Shown here in pieces: positions 51,553-62,374 of a DNA stretch of 64,000 nucleotides (positions are counted from its first letter, which is position 1; each line of letters opens with the position of its first letter). The notes below the pieces were generated by a model that worked only from the letters and a program-made list of their open reading frames with translations, did no database searches and had not been told where the DNA came from. Made by a program: the position numbers and the translations under genes. The stretch is from an uncultured Acidobacteriota bacterium (GTDB lineage: Bacteria > Acidobacteriota > Terriglobia > UBA7540), in assembly GCA_963804995.1 (NCBI GenBank), contig CAWDSK010000006.1, positions 64,001 through 128,000 of the forward strand, in the 5' to 3' direction.

Positions 51553-51844
51553 ATTAACCTCGGTAAGATTTCTCCCGCCGGGCCCCGCAGAACCCAATCG
51601 GCGAGTTCATCAGCAGGAGTCGGGTCAGGATTTATTACGGCCAGTCGTACCACTCCCAGACCAGCCGGGGATTGCTCCGGAAGGCCTCCGGAGTAGCGAG
51701 CTTCTCCGGCGCAAAATTCCTCCACAGGCCATTCGGCCCCCGAAACGTCGGGATCCCACTCTCGGCGGAGATGCCTGCCCCCGTGAAGGCTACGATTCGC
51801 GCCGCCTCCAGAGCCGCTCGCAAGGTCCCCAGCAGGTCATCCAC
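51549..51844 (-). pseudogene. cobB: Sirtuin (CobB-like deacylase) with large internal deletion
   Basis: [16 protein letters not shown]...VWEWYDW fused out of frame to C-terminal [29 protein letters not shown]. Confidence 0.8.
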
Positions 51845-51981
51845 AAGGATTTATAATGCCCGGCAAGAAATTCTGCCGAAAATCCGATAGTATGCTCTAC
51901 CGCAAAAGGTGTCAATGCGGTGCGGCATGGAGTCCGACCGAGACCGAATGTCAGGATTCAGCCGCTGGGTGTCGGCAAAGG

Positions 51982-52113
51982 GCGAAATTCGAAGCTCGAA
52001 ACTCGCCCAGTTGGCCATCCCCCGTAAGTTGGAATCCCTGCCCTCAGGCACCGTGCCTTCGCAGGGATGACTTGGACCTCATCGAATTTCGAACTTCGAT
52101 TTTCGAATTTCGC
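51982..52113. repeat. Inverted heptamer arrays (TCGAAAT type) around a REP-like hairpin
   Basis: gcgaaattcgaagctcgaaactcg ... tcgaatttcgaacttcgattttcgaatttcgc. Confidence 0.7.
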
Positions 52114-52135
52114 TTTTTGACAAAGGAGACCTGGA

Positions 52136-53041
52136 ATGGAGAACCTTAATCGTCGTCGCTTTTTGCAAGTTACTGCGGCCGCCGGGACAGCGGGCCTGGT
52201 GGCAAGCGTTCCCGCCGCGCCGGCCGGACAGCACATGCGGATGGGACTCATCATTAATATTTCCAAGGACGCGGACGGCAAGCTCAAACTGGTTCATGAT
52301 CTCGGCATCCCCACGTGCCAGGCCCAGACCGATGATTTCTCAGATTCAGTTTATAACGCCCTGAAGGCCGCCAGCGAGAAGCATGGCATCGAGATTACGG
52401 CTATGAATGCTTCCGGGGGCCCGCCCAATGTGTATGATTTTTACCAGGGCCCCTTGACGATTGGTGTCGTGCCGAAAAAATACCGACGGCAACGAATCGA
52501 TAACTTCAAGCGTGCCTCTGATTTCGCCAAGCGGCTGGGCGTGCCCGCCTTCCACACGCATTATGGTTTTATCCCGGAAAATCCCAATGATCCCGAGTAT
52601 CAGGGCGTAGTGGAGGCGCTGCGCGAGGTCGCCACTCATATCAAAGGCAACGGCCAGATTATGCTTTACGAGACGGGCCAGGAAACGCCCATCACCATGC
52701 TCCGTGCTATCACCGACGTTGGGCTGGATAACCAATTCGTAAACCTGGACACCGCCAACCTGATCCTCTACGGGAAGGGCAATCCTCTGGATGCTCTTGA
52801 TGTGCTGGGTAAGCTGGTGCGCGGTGTTCATGCCAAGGATGGACTCTTTCCCACCGACCCCAGGCAACTTGGCCGTGAAGTGCCCATTGGAGAGGGTAAA
52901 GCGAATTTCCCCAAACTGATTCCGCGCCTGAAAGAGCTGGGATATACGGGGGCGCTGACTATCGAACGCGAAATCTCCGGACCCCGGCAGCTTGAGGACA
53001 TTAAGAAGGAAAAGGCGTTTCTTGAAAAACTGATTGCTTGA
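52136..53041 (+). CDS. Sugar phosphate isomerase/epimerase (xylose isomerase-like TIM barrel) with Tat signal
   Basis: NRRRFLQ; ETGQE, NLDTAN, VHAKD, TIERE. Confidence 0.88.
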   Translation: MENLNRRRFLQVTAAAGTAGLVASVPAAPAGQHMRMGLIINISKDADGKLKLVHDLGIPTCQAQTDDFSDSVYNALKAASEKHGIEITAMNASGGPPNVYDFYQGPLTIGVVPKKYRRQRIDNFKRASDFAKRLGVPAFHTHYGFIPENPNDPEYQGVVEALREVATHIKGNGQIMLYETGQETPITMLRAITDVGLDNQFVNLDTANLILYGKGNPLDALDVLGKLVRGVHAKDGLFPTDPRQLGREVPIGEGKANFPKLIPRLKELGYTGALTIEREISGPRQLEDIKKEKAFLEKLIA

Positions 53042-53312
53042 GGCGCGCTGACAAGGCCGCGAGGAATTCAGTCCGCTTACACATTGCGGGTAGAATCCAC
53101 CTTAGGCAGGACCAGCGCATCAACTGCCCTGCTCCTGCAAGTTGTGGTCGCGCGGCATCGATGTTCAGGCTCGTCCTGCTTTTTGGGGTTTACGAAAAGG
53201 GGCGGCGTGATGTAGTTTTGTAAAGGTAGTTTCCGTAGGGTCCTTCTGTTGCCTTCCATTCACCTCGCGTCCAGGCTGCCGTGGCCATGACGCGCGTGTG
53301 AATGGGATAGGC

Positions 53313-53387
53313 GGGCCGGTAGCTCAATGGTAGAGCACTGCCCTTTTAAGGCAGGGGTTCTGGGTTCGAATCCCAGCCGGCTCACCA
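53313..53387 (+). tRNA. tRNA-Lys (anticodon UUU)
   Basis: Acceptor stem gggccgg/ccggctc, D arm agctcaatggtagagc, anticodon loop cttttaa, GGTTCGAATC, CCA. Confidence 0.96.
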
Positions 53388-53503
53388 CCTGACTAAGGCA
53401 GAAGAATTACCACCAAGGCACAAAGACACCAAGAAATCACAGGGCAGTTCGCTTGCTTCTCGAGGTATGCCCCGCCGGGTGTCCAAGTGGTTCATCGTTT
53501 GAA

Positions 53504-54859
53504 TTAGGCTTCGCGAGCCGTCCCGCTCGCGTTATCCCAGATCATCTTCTTACCGGAGCGGCAGGAGAGATTCACCATATGGCCTGCCGCCGCGGCGTAG
53601 TGACCCACCTGGGCGTTCTCACTGCATTCTTTCCGGGAGCGGACACACTGCAAGAATTCCAGCAAGTGCAGCACCGTGGCATCTGGCGTTTGGTCTTTGT
53701 AAGTGACCGTTCCCTCCAGGTGGAGTGCTGGATTGGACTCCGCACGGTGATCGCCCATGTCCATGAATTCTTCCTGAAGACTCTTCGGCCAGGAATCGAT
53801 GGCATACCCGTAGCCTTCGCGAGGATTCTCCGGCGCCAAGACGAAACTGCTCCCCATGAGCGAAAGCGATCCCTGGGTGCCCAGGAAGACCATGCCCTGC
53901 TCGGGGGTGCTCGCATTGTTGAAAGTCGCCCCCATGTTAACGTTGAAGCCTTCCGGATATTCAAATAACGCGTCCAGGGTGTCAGGAACTTCACGGCCGT
54001 CGTTGCGATTGAGAATCCGCCCGACCGCCGTCACGCTCAACGGCACCTTGGCATCCATGATGAAGTGAATCGACGTAATAAGATGTACAAATAGGTCGGT
54101 CGATATACCCCCGGAATAATCCCAGTATTTGCGATAGCGGAAGACACGCTCCGGATCATAGGCACACTTCGGCGCATTGCCCAGCCACTCTTCCCAGTTG
54201 AAATTCACTCCATTCTTCAAATCGGGTGGAATGGGATAATTCCAGGCGCCGACGGAGCTGTTGCGGTTGTAAGAAGCAATAATCTTTGTGACCTTTCCCA
54301 GTTGCCCAGAGTCTACAATCTCCCTGGCCTTTTTTTGCAGAGCAGAGGAGCGACCCTGGCTGCCGGTTTGCAGAACTCGGTTGTACCGCCGGACAGCTTC
54401 AATCATCTTGGGGCCGTCCTCGATGCGATGCGTCATGGGCTTTTCGATGTAAACGTCCTTCCCTGCGGAAAGTGCGTCCAGGACGATCGGGAGGTGCCAG
54501 TGATCGGGTGGCGCCACCACGACCGCGTCAACATCCTTGCGCCCGAGCAGGGCTTTGTACTGCGCAAAATGGGTGTCGATCTTGCCGTCGGTACGTTCCT
54601 TGGCGCGTGCTAGATGGCCCTGATAGCAGTCGCTGACGGCCACCAGATTGGCTTGCTCGGTTTTCTTGACTGCTTCCATCAGGATATTCCCGCGGATGCC
54701 GAATCCAATAAAACCAACGTTGACACGGTCACTCGCGCTAGCCGCAGGCGGCAATGGCGCTGCCTCCAGGGGAATCCCTTTCCCGTTCAGCAGCAACCCC
54801 AAACCCGCCGCGCCCACGGTGCTCCGGCGCATAAACTCACGTCTGGAAAATGAAGACAT
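53504..54859 (-). CDS. Gfo/Idh/MocA family oxidoreductase with Tat signal
   Basis: SRREFMR; GFIGFGIRG, PDHWH, YIEKP, DLFVH. Confidence 0.92.
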   Translation of the reverse strand: MSSFSRREFMRRSTVGAAGLGLLLNGKGIPLEAAPLPPAASASDRVNVGFIGFGIRGNILMEAVKKTEQANLVAVSDCYQGHLARAKERTDGKIDTHFAQYKALLGRKDVDAVVVAPPDHWHLPIVLDALSAGKDVYIEKPMTHRIEDGPKMIEAVRRYNRVLQTGSQGRSSALQKKAREIVDSGQLGKVTKIIASYNRNSSVGAWNYPIPPDLKNGVNFNWEEWLGNAPKCAYDPERVFRYRKYWDYSGGISTDLFVHLITSIHFIMDAKVPLSVTAVGRILNRNDGREVPDTLDALFEYPEGFNVNMGATFNNASTPEQGMVFLGTQGSLSLMGSSFVLAPENPREGYGYAIDSWPKSLQEEFMDMGDHRAESNPALHLEGTVTYKDQTPDATVLHLLEFLQCVRSRKECSENAQVGHYAAAAGHMVNLSCRSGKKMIWDNASGTAREA

Positions 54860-55066
54860 AAGACCCTTCCTCCTTGCAAATGCGGCAGGACTCCGGACTG
54901 AAGCTCTGCCCTCCTAACGTCCGGTGGACTGCTAACTCATAACGCTCTCGCAACCCCAGGTCAACGGGAATCTTTCGATGGCCTTCCCGAGTCGCCGGAT
55001 TTCGCAGCGGGAGCTGCACCCAGTCTGCTATCCTCTAAACGATTACCCTGTAGAGGTGATGAACAT

Positions 55067-55930
55067 ATGGCCGAAGAGAAGAAGCCTGGCAATGAGATGC
55101 CGCCCCTTGCCTACCGCAATCTCCGCTTTCTGGAAAGCGCTGATGCGCGCGCACTGCGCATTATCTCCGAATACTTTGATCCGCAGTCCCGCATGCGAAG
55201 GGCGGGAATCCAACACACCGTGGTGATGTTCGGATCGGCGCGCATCCTGCCTCGCGATGTGGCCGTTGAGAAGTTACGCGAACTGGAAACCCGCGGCAAG
55301 GAAGTGTCCATCCCCACGTTGCGTGCGGAGGTCAAACGAGCCCGCATGGACGTCCACATGTCGCGCTATTACGAGGACGCGCGCCAGTTAGCAACCCTGA
55401 TCACTCGATGGGCCGTGACGCTTCACAACAATCCCCGGCTTCTCGTGGTCTGTTCGGGAGGAGGCCCTGGAATCATGGAAGCGGCCAACCGCGGGGCAAG
55501 CGAAGCCGGTGGAAAATCCATGGGGCTCAACATCCATTTACCGATGGAACAGAAACCCAACCCTTACATCTCCCCGGAATTGAACATGCTGTTCCGTTAT
55601 TTCTTCATGCGTAAACTCTGGTTTGCGCAGCCGGCTCAAGCTCTGATTGTCTTTCCGGGTGGCTTCGGTACGTTGGATGAAATGTTTGAGTTCCTCACCT
55701 TGATCCAGACCCACAAGATGGGACATCGGGTGACGATCCTCCTCTATGGCTCGAAGTTCTGGAAGCGCGCCGTCAACTTCGGTTGGCTGCTCGAGGCGGG
55801 GACCATCAGCAAAGAGGATCTGGAATTGATACGCTTTGTCGATTCTCCCTCGCAAGCTTTTGAGATTCTGAAGAACGAACTAGGCCCTCGCCTCGGCGTG
55901 CGACCGGTCATCAAACATCCTTTTGTGTAA
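55067..55930 (+). CDS. LOG family nucleotide-binding protein
   Basis: FGSAR, GGGPGIMEAANRGA, YFFMRK, FPGGFGTLDE. Confidence 0.92.
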   Translation: MAEEKKPGNEMPPLAYRNLRFLESADARALRIISEYFDPQSRMRRAGIQHTVVMFGSARILPRDVAVEKLRELETRGKEVSIPTLRAEVKRARMDVHMSRYYEDARQLATLITRWAVTLHNNPRLLVVCSGGGPGIMEAANRGASEAGGKSMGLNIHLPMEQKPNPYISPELNMLFRYFFMRKLWFAQPAQALIVFPGGFGTLDEMFEFLTLIQTHKMGHRVTILLYGSKFWKRAVNFGWLLEAGTISKEDLELIRFVDSPSQAFEILKNELGPRLGVRPVIKHPFV

Positions 55931-55994
55931 CTGTCGAAGAGTTATAATTCCAGACGGACGAGAGGATTCTTGCAGTTCGTCTCCGGAGGTGCTT

Positions 55995-57521
55995 ATGCAA
56001 TTCCTCAAGGAAAGCATGCTCGAACTTATCATTCAGACCTCTACAAACCTTCCTCCAGACGTGCGCCAAGCCATGGCCTGGGCGCTGAAAACAGAGAATC
56101 CCCAATCGCAAGCTGGGCAAGCGCTGGCCATAATCGGTGAGAACATTGACATGGCCCACCAGGACGAAGGCGCCATTTGCCAGGACACGGGCATGCTGAC
56201 CTTCGAGATCAAAACCCCCGTCGGAGTCAACCAGATTTCGATGAGAAAGCAGGCACTGGAAGCGGTTGCTGAGGCCACCAAGCGTGGCAAGTTGCGGCCG
56301 AATTCCGTGGACTCGATTACGGGCAAGAACAGTGGCGATAACCTGGGACCAGGAACGCCGATCTTCCATTTCGAACAATGGGAAAGACCGGAAGTGGAGG
56401 TTCGTCTCATCCTCAAAGGCGGTGGTTGCGAGAACAAGAATATCCAGTACTCAGTCCCCTGCGAGCTTGAACATTTAGGACGCGCGGACCGGGACCTGGA
56501 GGGAGTTAAGAAATGCCTCCTCCACGCAGTTTGGCAAGCCCAAGGCCAGGGTTGCGCGCCGGGGGCGATCGGCGTCTGCATCGGCAGCGATCGTGCGGGC
56601 GGATATCACCACGCCAAGCTGCAGCTCTTTCGTTCCCTCGACGACACGAACCCTGATCTGGTTCTGGCCAGGCTCGAAGAAGAGGTCATGGAACAAGCCA
56701 ATAAGCTGGGCGTAGGGGCCATGGGCTTCGGCGGCTCAAGCTCGCTGATCGGCTGCAAGATCACTGCGGCAAACCGGCTGCCTGCCAGCTTCTTTGTCAG
56801 CGTGGCTTACGACTGCTGGGCCTTCCGCCGCTTGGGAGTTATGCTGGACGCCGAAACCGGCGCCATTACTAAATGGTTGTATCGCGATCCCAGCCGACCC
56901 GTCGAACGCCTGATCGCTTTGGGAACGGGTTTCCAATTGTCCGGCCGCGAGGTGCGGCTCGAACCGCCGCTCAGCGAGGAAAAAGTTCGCGCCCTGAGGG
57001 TCGGCGACGTGGTGTTGATCAATGGCCCTATGGTCACCGGCCGCGACGCTGCGCATCACTACCTGATGCATCACGAGGCCCCTTACAACATGCAGGGTGC
57101 AATCCTCTATCATTGCGGCCCCGTGATGCTTAAGGAAGGTGACCAATGGCGAACCAAAGCCGCCGGCCCCACCACCAGCATCCGCGAGGAACCATACGAA
57201 GCTGACATCATCCGGCGCTTCGGAATTCGTGCCGTGATGGGCAAGGGAGGGATGGGCAAGAAAACCCTTGCTGCGCTGAAGGAATTTGGTGCCGTTTATC
57301 TCCACGCCATTGGTGGCGCCGCGCAGTTTTACGCCCGCTGCCTACCCAAAGTCCATGCGGTTTACCTGCTCGAGGAAATCGGTGTTCCCGAAGCTATGTG
57401 GGTCTTCGAAGCGCGCAACTTCCCCGCCATCGTGACCATGGATTCGCACGGGAGTTCTCTCCATGAGGAAGTTTCCACCACAACGGGAAGTGCACTCGAA
57501 AAGATGGGGGCAGGCCGTTAG
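55995..57521 (+). CDS. Class I fumarate hydratase (fused alpha/beta)
   Basis: ICQDTG, KGGGCEN, GRDAAH, AGPTTS, GKGG. Confidence 0.92.
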   Translation: MQFLKESMLELIIQTSTNLPPDVRQAMAWALKTENPQSQAGQALAIIGENIDMAHQDEGAICQDTGMLTFEIKTPVGVNQISMRKQALEAVAEATKRGKLRPNSVDSITGKNSGDNLGPGTPIFHFEQWERPEVEVRLILKGGGCENKNIQYSVPCELEHLGRADRDLEGVKKCLLHAVWQAQGQGCAPGAIGVCIGSDRAGGYHHAKLQLFRSLDDTNPDLVLARLEEEVMEQANKLGVGAMGFGGSSSLIGCKITAANRLPASFFVSVAYDCWAFRRLGVMLDAETGAITKWLYRDPSRPVERLIALGTGFQLSGREVRLEPPLSEEKVRALRVGDVVLINGPMVTGRDAAHHYLMHHEAPYNMQGAILYHCGPVMLKEGDQWRTKAAGPTTSIREEPYEADIIRRFGIRAVMGKGGMGKKTLAALKEFGAVYLHAIGGAAQFYARCLPKVHAVYLLEEIGVPEAMWVFEARNFPAIVTMDSHGSSLHEEVSTTTGSALEKMGAGR

Positions 57522-57846
57522 CTGCGTCCAGCCATCCAGTAAGTATAAGGAATTAGGCAAGAAGCGGGAAACGCTACAACCCATAATCTAGCTTTTCAAA
57601 AGTCGGCGTGCTGTGACCCACCTGCGCAGAGACCCACGCGCACCCCAATTAGATAAGGGCGTCCGCGAAAAATACGAATATGACCCCATCGAGCATTCCG
57701 GCCCTCAGGCCCAGAGGCAAACGTCCTGTATTCGGCTGTGCCTTGGCTCGATCCTTCAAGTCAACCTCCAAGTCAAAACTAGACAACCTCCAGACCTCAT
57801 GCGAGAATTCAATTCATCGGGGGCAAAATCCAAGAGTGAGGTTTGG

Positions 57847-59256
57847 ATGTATTTCCAACAGTTCTATCTGTCTTGTCTAGCACATGCCTCTTACATGATC
57901 GCCTCGGAGGGTATCGCGGCCGTCGTTGACCCGCAGCGAAACGTGGCGATCTACGTGGAAGAGGCGCAGAAGCACAACCTCAGGATTGAGCACATCATCG
58001 AAACTCACTTGCACGCCGATTTCGTCTCCGGCCATCAGGAGCTCGCCGCTTCGACGGGTGCAACGATTCATCTGAGCGCACGAGCGGGAGCGCAATTCCC
58101 CCACCACGACGTCCGCGACTGCGACGAAATTCGCTTTGGTCGATGCGTACTGCGGATCCTCGAGACGCCCGGCCACAGCGCTGATAGTATTTGCGTCCTG
58201 GTCACAGACCTCAACCGCTCCGCGCAACCTTGGGCTGCGCTCACCGGCGATACGCTGTTCATCGGAGAAGTTGGCCGGCCTGATCTTTCCCCCGACCACA
58301 GCGCGGAAGAACTCGCCTCGATGCTTTACGACAGCCTACACGCAAAACTTCTGAAGTTACCTGATGCGGTGGAGATTTATCCTGCTCACGGGGCCGGCTC
58401 GCTGTGTGGCCGTAACATCAGCCCCGAACGCCACTCGACCGTCGGTAAAGAGCGTGCCTTTAATTATGCGCTGCGACCCATGGCCCGCCAGGATTTCATC
58501 CGGTTGATGGTCACGGACCTGCCCGAGCGGCCGGAGTATTTTTTCCGTGACAAGGAAATCAACCGCGCCGGCGCTCCCGCCGTTTCGGACCTACCCAACT
58601 TCCCGGCCCTTTCTGCCCAGGAGGTCGCGAGATGGCAAGCCCAAAATGCCGTCGTCCTCGACACTCGACCGGCCGCTCAGTTTGGCGCCGGGCATCTTCC
58701 CGGCTCGATCCACATCGCACTCTGCGGCCAGTACGCTTCCTGGGCGGGGACGCTGTTGGGACTTGAAACTCCCGTAGTTCTGGTTGCCGAGGATGCGGGA
58801 CGCGCCGAGGAATCGCGAGTGCGCCTGGCGCGAGTGGGGCTCGATAAAACTGTGGGATATCTCCAGGACGGGGTGCGCGTCTGGCAGCAAGCGGGGTTGC
58901 CCCTTGAGGAAGTTCCGCAGATCTCAGTCTTGCAGCTTTACGAGGAGCTCCGCGATCAACCCGGCGCCTTGCAGGTGATCGACGTGCGCAGGCCCAGCGA
59001 GTGGGCAGCCGGGCACCTCGAAGTCGCCCAACTCAAACCGCTGCACAAACTCAACTCGTTGCTGGATGATTTAAGCCCGCAGAAACCCATCGCGGTGCAC
59101 TGTCAGAGCGGGTACCGCTCCTCCATTGCCACCAGCCTTCTCCAACGCGCAGGCTTCAAACAGGTAATGAATGTGGTGGGCGGGTTCGACGCATGGAGGG
59201 CCCACGAGCTGCACGCTGTCACCGACCAGCCGCAAACACAATCTATAACCGGCTAA
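57847..59256 (+). CDS. MBL-fold hydrolase fused to two rhodanese domains
   Basis: ETHLHADFVSG, TPGH, GDTLF, PAHGAGSLCG, HCQSGYRS. Confidence 0.92.
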   Translation: MYFQQFYLSCLAHASYMIASEGIAAVVDPQRNVAIYVEEAQKHNLRIEHIIETHLHADFVSGHQELAASTGATIHLSARAGAQFPHHDVRDCDEIRFGRCVLRILETPGHSADSICVLVTDLNRSAQPWAALTGDTLFIGEVGRPDLSPDHSAEELASMLYDSLHAKLLKLPDAVEIYPAHGAGSLCGRNISPERHSTVGKERAFNYALRPMARQDFIRLMVTDLPERPEYFFRDKEINRAGAPAVSDLPNFPALSAQEVARWQAQNAVVLDTRPAAQFGAGHLPGSIHIALCGQYASWAGTLLGLETPVVLVAEDAGRAEESRVRLARVGLDKTVGYLQDGVRVWQQAGLPLEEVPQISVLQLYEELRDQPGALQVIDVRRPSEWAAGHLEVAQLKPLHKLNSLLDDLSPQKPIAVHCQSGYRSSIATSLLQRAGFKQVMNVVGGFDAWRAHELHAVTDQPQTQSITG

Positions 59257-59319
59257 AGGAATTAACTGCCAAGTTAAATATTAGGCCACTGGCCGCAATT
59301 TGGCCGGGATTCATCACGC

Positions 59320-60378
59320 TCACTCTGCGTGGAGCAAGCTGGACTTCCCTTCCGCCAACATTGGTTTGTTGGGACGTTCCGCGGGAGGGGCGAGGACAGC
59401 TTGAAAACTGGAATTGATGTTGATGGGGACCGGAATCACATTCACGATATGTTTATCTTGCACCATCACCTTCAGCATCAGGCCATGGTGCGTGGCAGGA
59501 TTCTTCTGGTCGAAAACAAAATTCCCGAGGCTGTAGGCGATCCAACGGTTGTGGTAGACCTCAACCAGTTGAACAACATGAGGATGGCTGCCCACCACCA
59601 TGTCCGCGCCCGCATCGATCATCTGGTGGGCGAGTTCTGTTTGATCACGCGTCGGCTTCAAAGCATATTCGACGCCCCAGTGCGGGCACACGATCACGAG
59701 GTCGGCAAGAGGGCGCGCAAAGCGGATGTCGGCCAGCACCTGCGCGGGCTCCAGCCACGCTACACCCGGCCGGTCGACACCCGCCCTCGCCTCTTTGGGG
59801 TCCACATCCACGTAGGCAAGGAAGGCAAGGCGCAAGCCACCCACTGTCACTAGCACGGGGTAGTGCGCCGCCAAGCTGTTCAGGCCCGCGCCCACCGGGT
59901 GAATGCCTTCCCCACGCAAGCGCTCCAGGCTATCCAGTAACGCCTCCGGGCCCCAATCATAGGAGTGATTGTTGGCCTGGGAGACAACGTTAAAACCTGC
60001 AGTTTTCAGCCCCTCAAGCGCCCGGGGATCAGCGCGGAAGGAATAGAGATGATGCAGATTTCGGCCACGGTCAGAGACTGGACACTCCAGGTTGCAGAAT
60101 CGCAGGTCGGCGTCGAGTAGCGTGTCGGCAATAACCTCAAAAGGCTGCTTCCAGTCGCGCTGAGTTTCCATACGGGAGCCCACAGCGCGCGAAAGCATCA
60201 CATCGCCCACAAAAAGTATAGTGTGCTCACGCTTTTCTGTTGACGCCGCATAGGCTGGGGAAGAGGGCGGCCGGGATGAGAGATCCTGCGGCGGCGACAA
60301 CGGGCTCAAAACACACCACCCCGCGAGCGACATCAACGCGAAGAAACCCATCCGAAGCCTACGATTCATACCATTCAT
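59320..60378 (-). CDS. CapA family metallophosphatase
   Basis: VGDVML, NLECP, ANNHSYD, HWGVEY, GSHPHV, YSLGNF. Confidence 0.92.
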   Translation of the reverse strand: MNGMNRRLRMGFFALMSLAGWCVLSPLSPPQDLSSRPPSSPAYAASTEKREHTILFVGDVMLSRAVGSRMETQRDWKQPFEVIADTLLDADLRFCNLECPVSDRGRNLHHLYSFRADPRALEGLKTAGFNVVSQANNHSYDWGPEALLDSLERLRGEGIHPVGAGLNSLAAHYPVLVTVGGLRLAFLAYVDVDPKEARAGVDRPGVAWLEPAQVLADIRFARPLADLVIVCPHWGVEYALKPTRDQTELAHQMIDAGADMVVGSHPHVVQLVEVYHNRWIAYSLGNFVFDQKNPATHHGLMLKVMVQDKHIVNVIPVPININSSFQAVLAPPAERPNKPMLAEGKSSLLHAE

Positions 60379-60432
60379 CCACGAGGCCAGTTTATTTACA
60401 AAGCCTCCGGTCCCGGACCTCAGGGTTAACTG

Positions 60433-60954
60433 CTATTTCAGGTTCTCAGGGATCAGGAATTCCACCAGCACCAAATCGTGCCACTCCCCGCCCAATTTGC
60501 CATGCCGCTCGTGCACGCCCACTTCTTTCCAGCCCGTCAATTGGCAGAGCTTCCGCGCACCCTCATTCACCGCCATGATACGCCCAATGATCTTATAGAA
60601 GCCCTTCTCGCGGGCGATGTTCTGCATGGCCTTCATGAGCTCCTGCGCCACGCCGTGGCCCCGCAGGCTGCGCTCTATATAAATCGAAAGTTCCGCGATG
60701 CCATCATAGCAATGTCGGGGGCTGTAGGGGTAAAGAGCCGACCAGCCCATCAGCGTATGCTTGACCTCCGCCACTAACACCGGGTATTTGTCAGGCCGCG
60801 CCGTGAGCCACAAATATCGCTCTTCAGGCGTCACATAGGCATTCTCGAAAGTCGCCGCACGGTCTTGCACACCCTGGTTGTAAATGCGGGCAATTTCTTT
60901 GGCGTCGTCAACTCGTGCGGCACGAATCTTCAGGGGACCACTCCACTCCGTCAT
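60433..60954 (-). CDS. GNAT N-acetyltransferase (phosphinothricin/ArsN1-like)
   Basis: IYNQGVQDRAATFE, YSPRHCY, ELSIYI, RGHGVA, GKLGGEWHD. Confidence 0.85.
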   Translation of the reverse strand: MTEWSGPLKIRAARVDDAKEIARIYNQGVQDRAATFENAYVTPEERYLWLTARPDKYPVLVAEVKHTLMGWSALYPYSPRHCYDGIAELSIYIERSLRGHGVAQELMKAMQNIAREKGFYKIIGRIMAVNEGARKLCQLTGWKEVGVHERHGKLGGEWHDLVLVEFLIPENLK

Positions 60955-61237
60955 GGAACCCTACCTTGAATGAGAATTGATCGCGGATGGCGATTCTAAC
61001 CCGACACCGCTGAGAGCGCAAATTGTGGATGAAGGTGATGAATCGAAGGGGGAATGCAGATCAACCCACGGCAGGACGGCGCAGCCAATATCGCATTGTC
61101 AAAGCAGGCGCTGCCTTATGGTCGCGGGCTATTGCCCCCAAGCGTGACCGGTCAACAAACCAATGCCTGCGCGCATAACCTGGCTTGACTTTTGCCCCAA
61201 GGGAAGATATTCTGAAGGCGAATAAAAGGCGAACAGA

Positions 61238-62176
61238 ATGCAAAAGCCTTCCGCCGGCAAGATACTCGTGGGCCCCGCTGGTTGGTCCTATGCCGACTGG
61301 GAAGGAATCGTCTATCCCCACAGCAAGCCGCGCGGCTTCCATGAAGCTGCCTACCTGGCGCAGTATTTCGATACGATCGAAATCAACACGTCCTTTTACA
61401 ATCCCCCACGCGCCGAAGTCGTGCAGTCTTGGGTCGACAAGGTTCAGGACAACCCTTCCTTCAAATTCACAGCCAAGCTCTGGAAGCGTTTCACCCACGA
61501 GCGCAACGCCAATCTCCAGGAGGAGAGAACCTTCAAGAAGGCACTCGAACCCTTGTTGGCCTCAGGCCGATTGGGGGCCCTGCTTCTACAATTCCCATGG
61601 TCGTTCAAGAACACCCGCGAGAATCATGAATACCTGAGTGGCCTTTTCATGCAGTTCATGGAATACCCGCTGGTCGTTGAGATACGGCATAGCTCGTGGA
61701 ACCAAGTGCAGATTCTGGAGTGGCTGCGCGAACTGGGTGTGGGTTTCTGCAATATCGACCAACCCGTCATCGGGCTCTCCCTCGCGCCAAGCGACCATGT
61801 AACCACGCCCGTCGGCTATGTGCGGCTGCACGGGCGAAACTATGAACACTGGTTTACTTCGAGCGAACATCCCGAAGAACGCTACAACTACCTTTACAGC
61901 CTGGAGGAGCTCAAACCCTGGGCTGAGCGTATCGCCAATATCGCTCGCCATGCGGATATTACCTTCGTCATTACCAACAATCATTATCAGGGAAAAGCCA
62001 TTGTGAACGCCTTCGAACTTGTCAGCCTCTTGCGCGGCCAGCCCGTGCGGATCCCTGAGAATTTGCGCGAACGATATCCCGAACTTGTTGAGATAGCCCT
62101 TCCTGCAACAGAACCCTCGGCGCCCAAGCAAGGTGACTTTCTTTTTGAGAACTCTCCTGCTGAGAAGAATAATTGA
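61238..62176 (+). CDS. DUF72 family protein
   Basis: GWSYADW, EINTSFY, LLQFP, VEIRH, YVRLHGRN, NNHYQG. Confidence 0.92.
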   Translation: MQKPSAGKILVGPAGWSYADWEGIVYPHSKPRGFHEAAYLAQYFDTIEINTSFYNPPRAEVVQSWVDKVQDNPSFKFTAKLWKRFTHERNANLQEERTFKKALEPLLASGRLGALLLQFPWSFKNTRENHEYLSGLFMQFMEYPLVVEIRHSSWNQVQILEWLRELGVGFCNIDQPVIGLSLAPSDHVTTPVGYVRLHGRNYEHWFTSSEHPEERYNYLYSLEELKPWAERIANIARHADITFVITNNHYQGKAIVNAFELVSLLRGQPVRIPENLRERYPELVEIALPATEPSAPKQGDFLFENSPAEKNN

Positions 62177-62296
62177 CAGTATGAAAGCGCCGCTGCTAGC
62201 ATGAAAAGGTTTCGGACTGCAGCGACAACCCGCTGGGGCGTGCGTGGAGAAAAGTCGCTCACGCGCGCGAGGCTTGGTTCACAACTTACCCGCTGA

Positions 62297-62374
62297 GTCC
62301 CCGTCGTCTAGCCCGGCCTAGGACATCGCCCTTTCACGGCGGTAACACGGGTTCAAATCCCGTCGGGGACGCCA
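62297..62374 (+). tRNA. tRNA-Glu (anticodon UUC)
   Basis: Acceptor stem gtccccg/cggggac, anticodon loop ctttcac, GGTTCAAATC, CCA. Confidence 0.96.
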
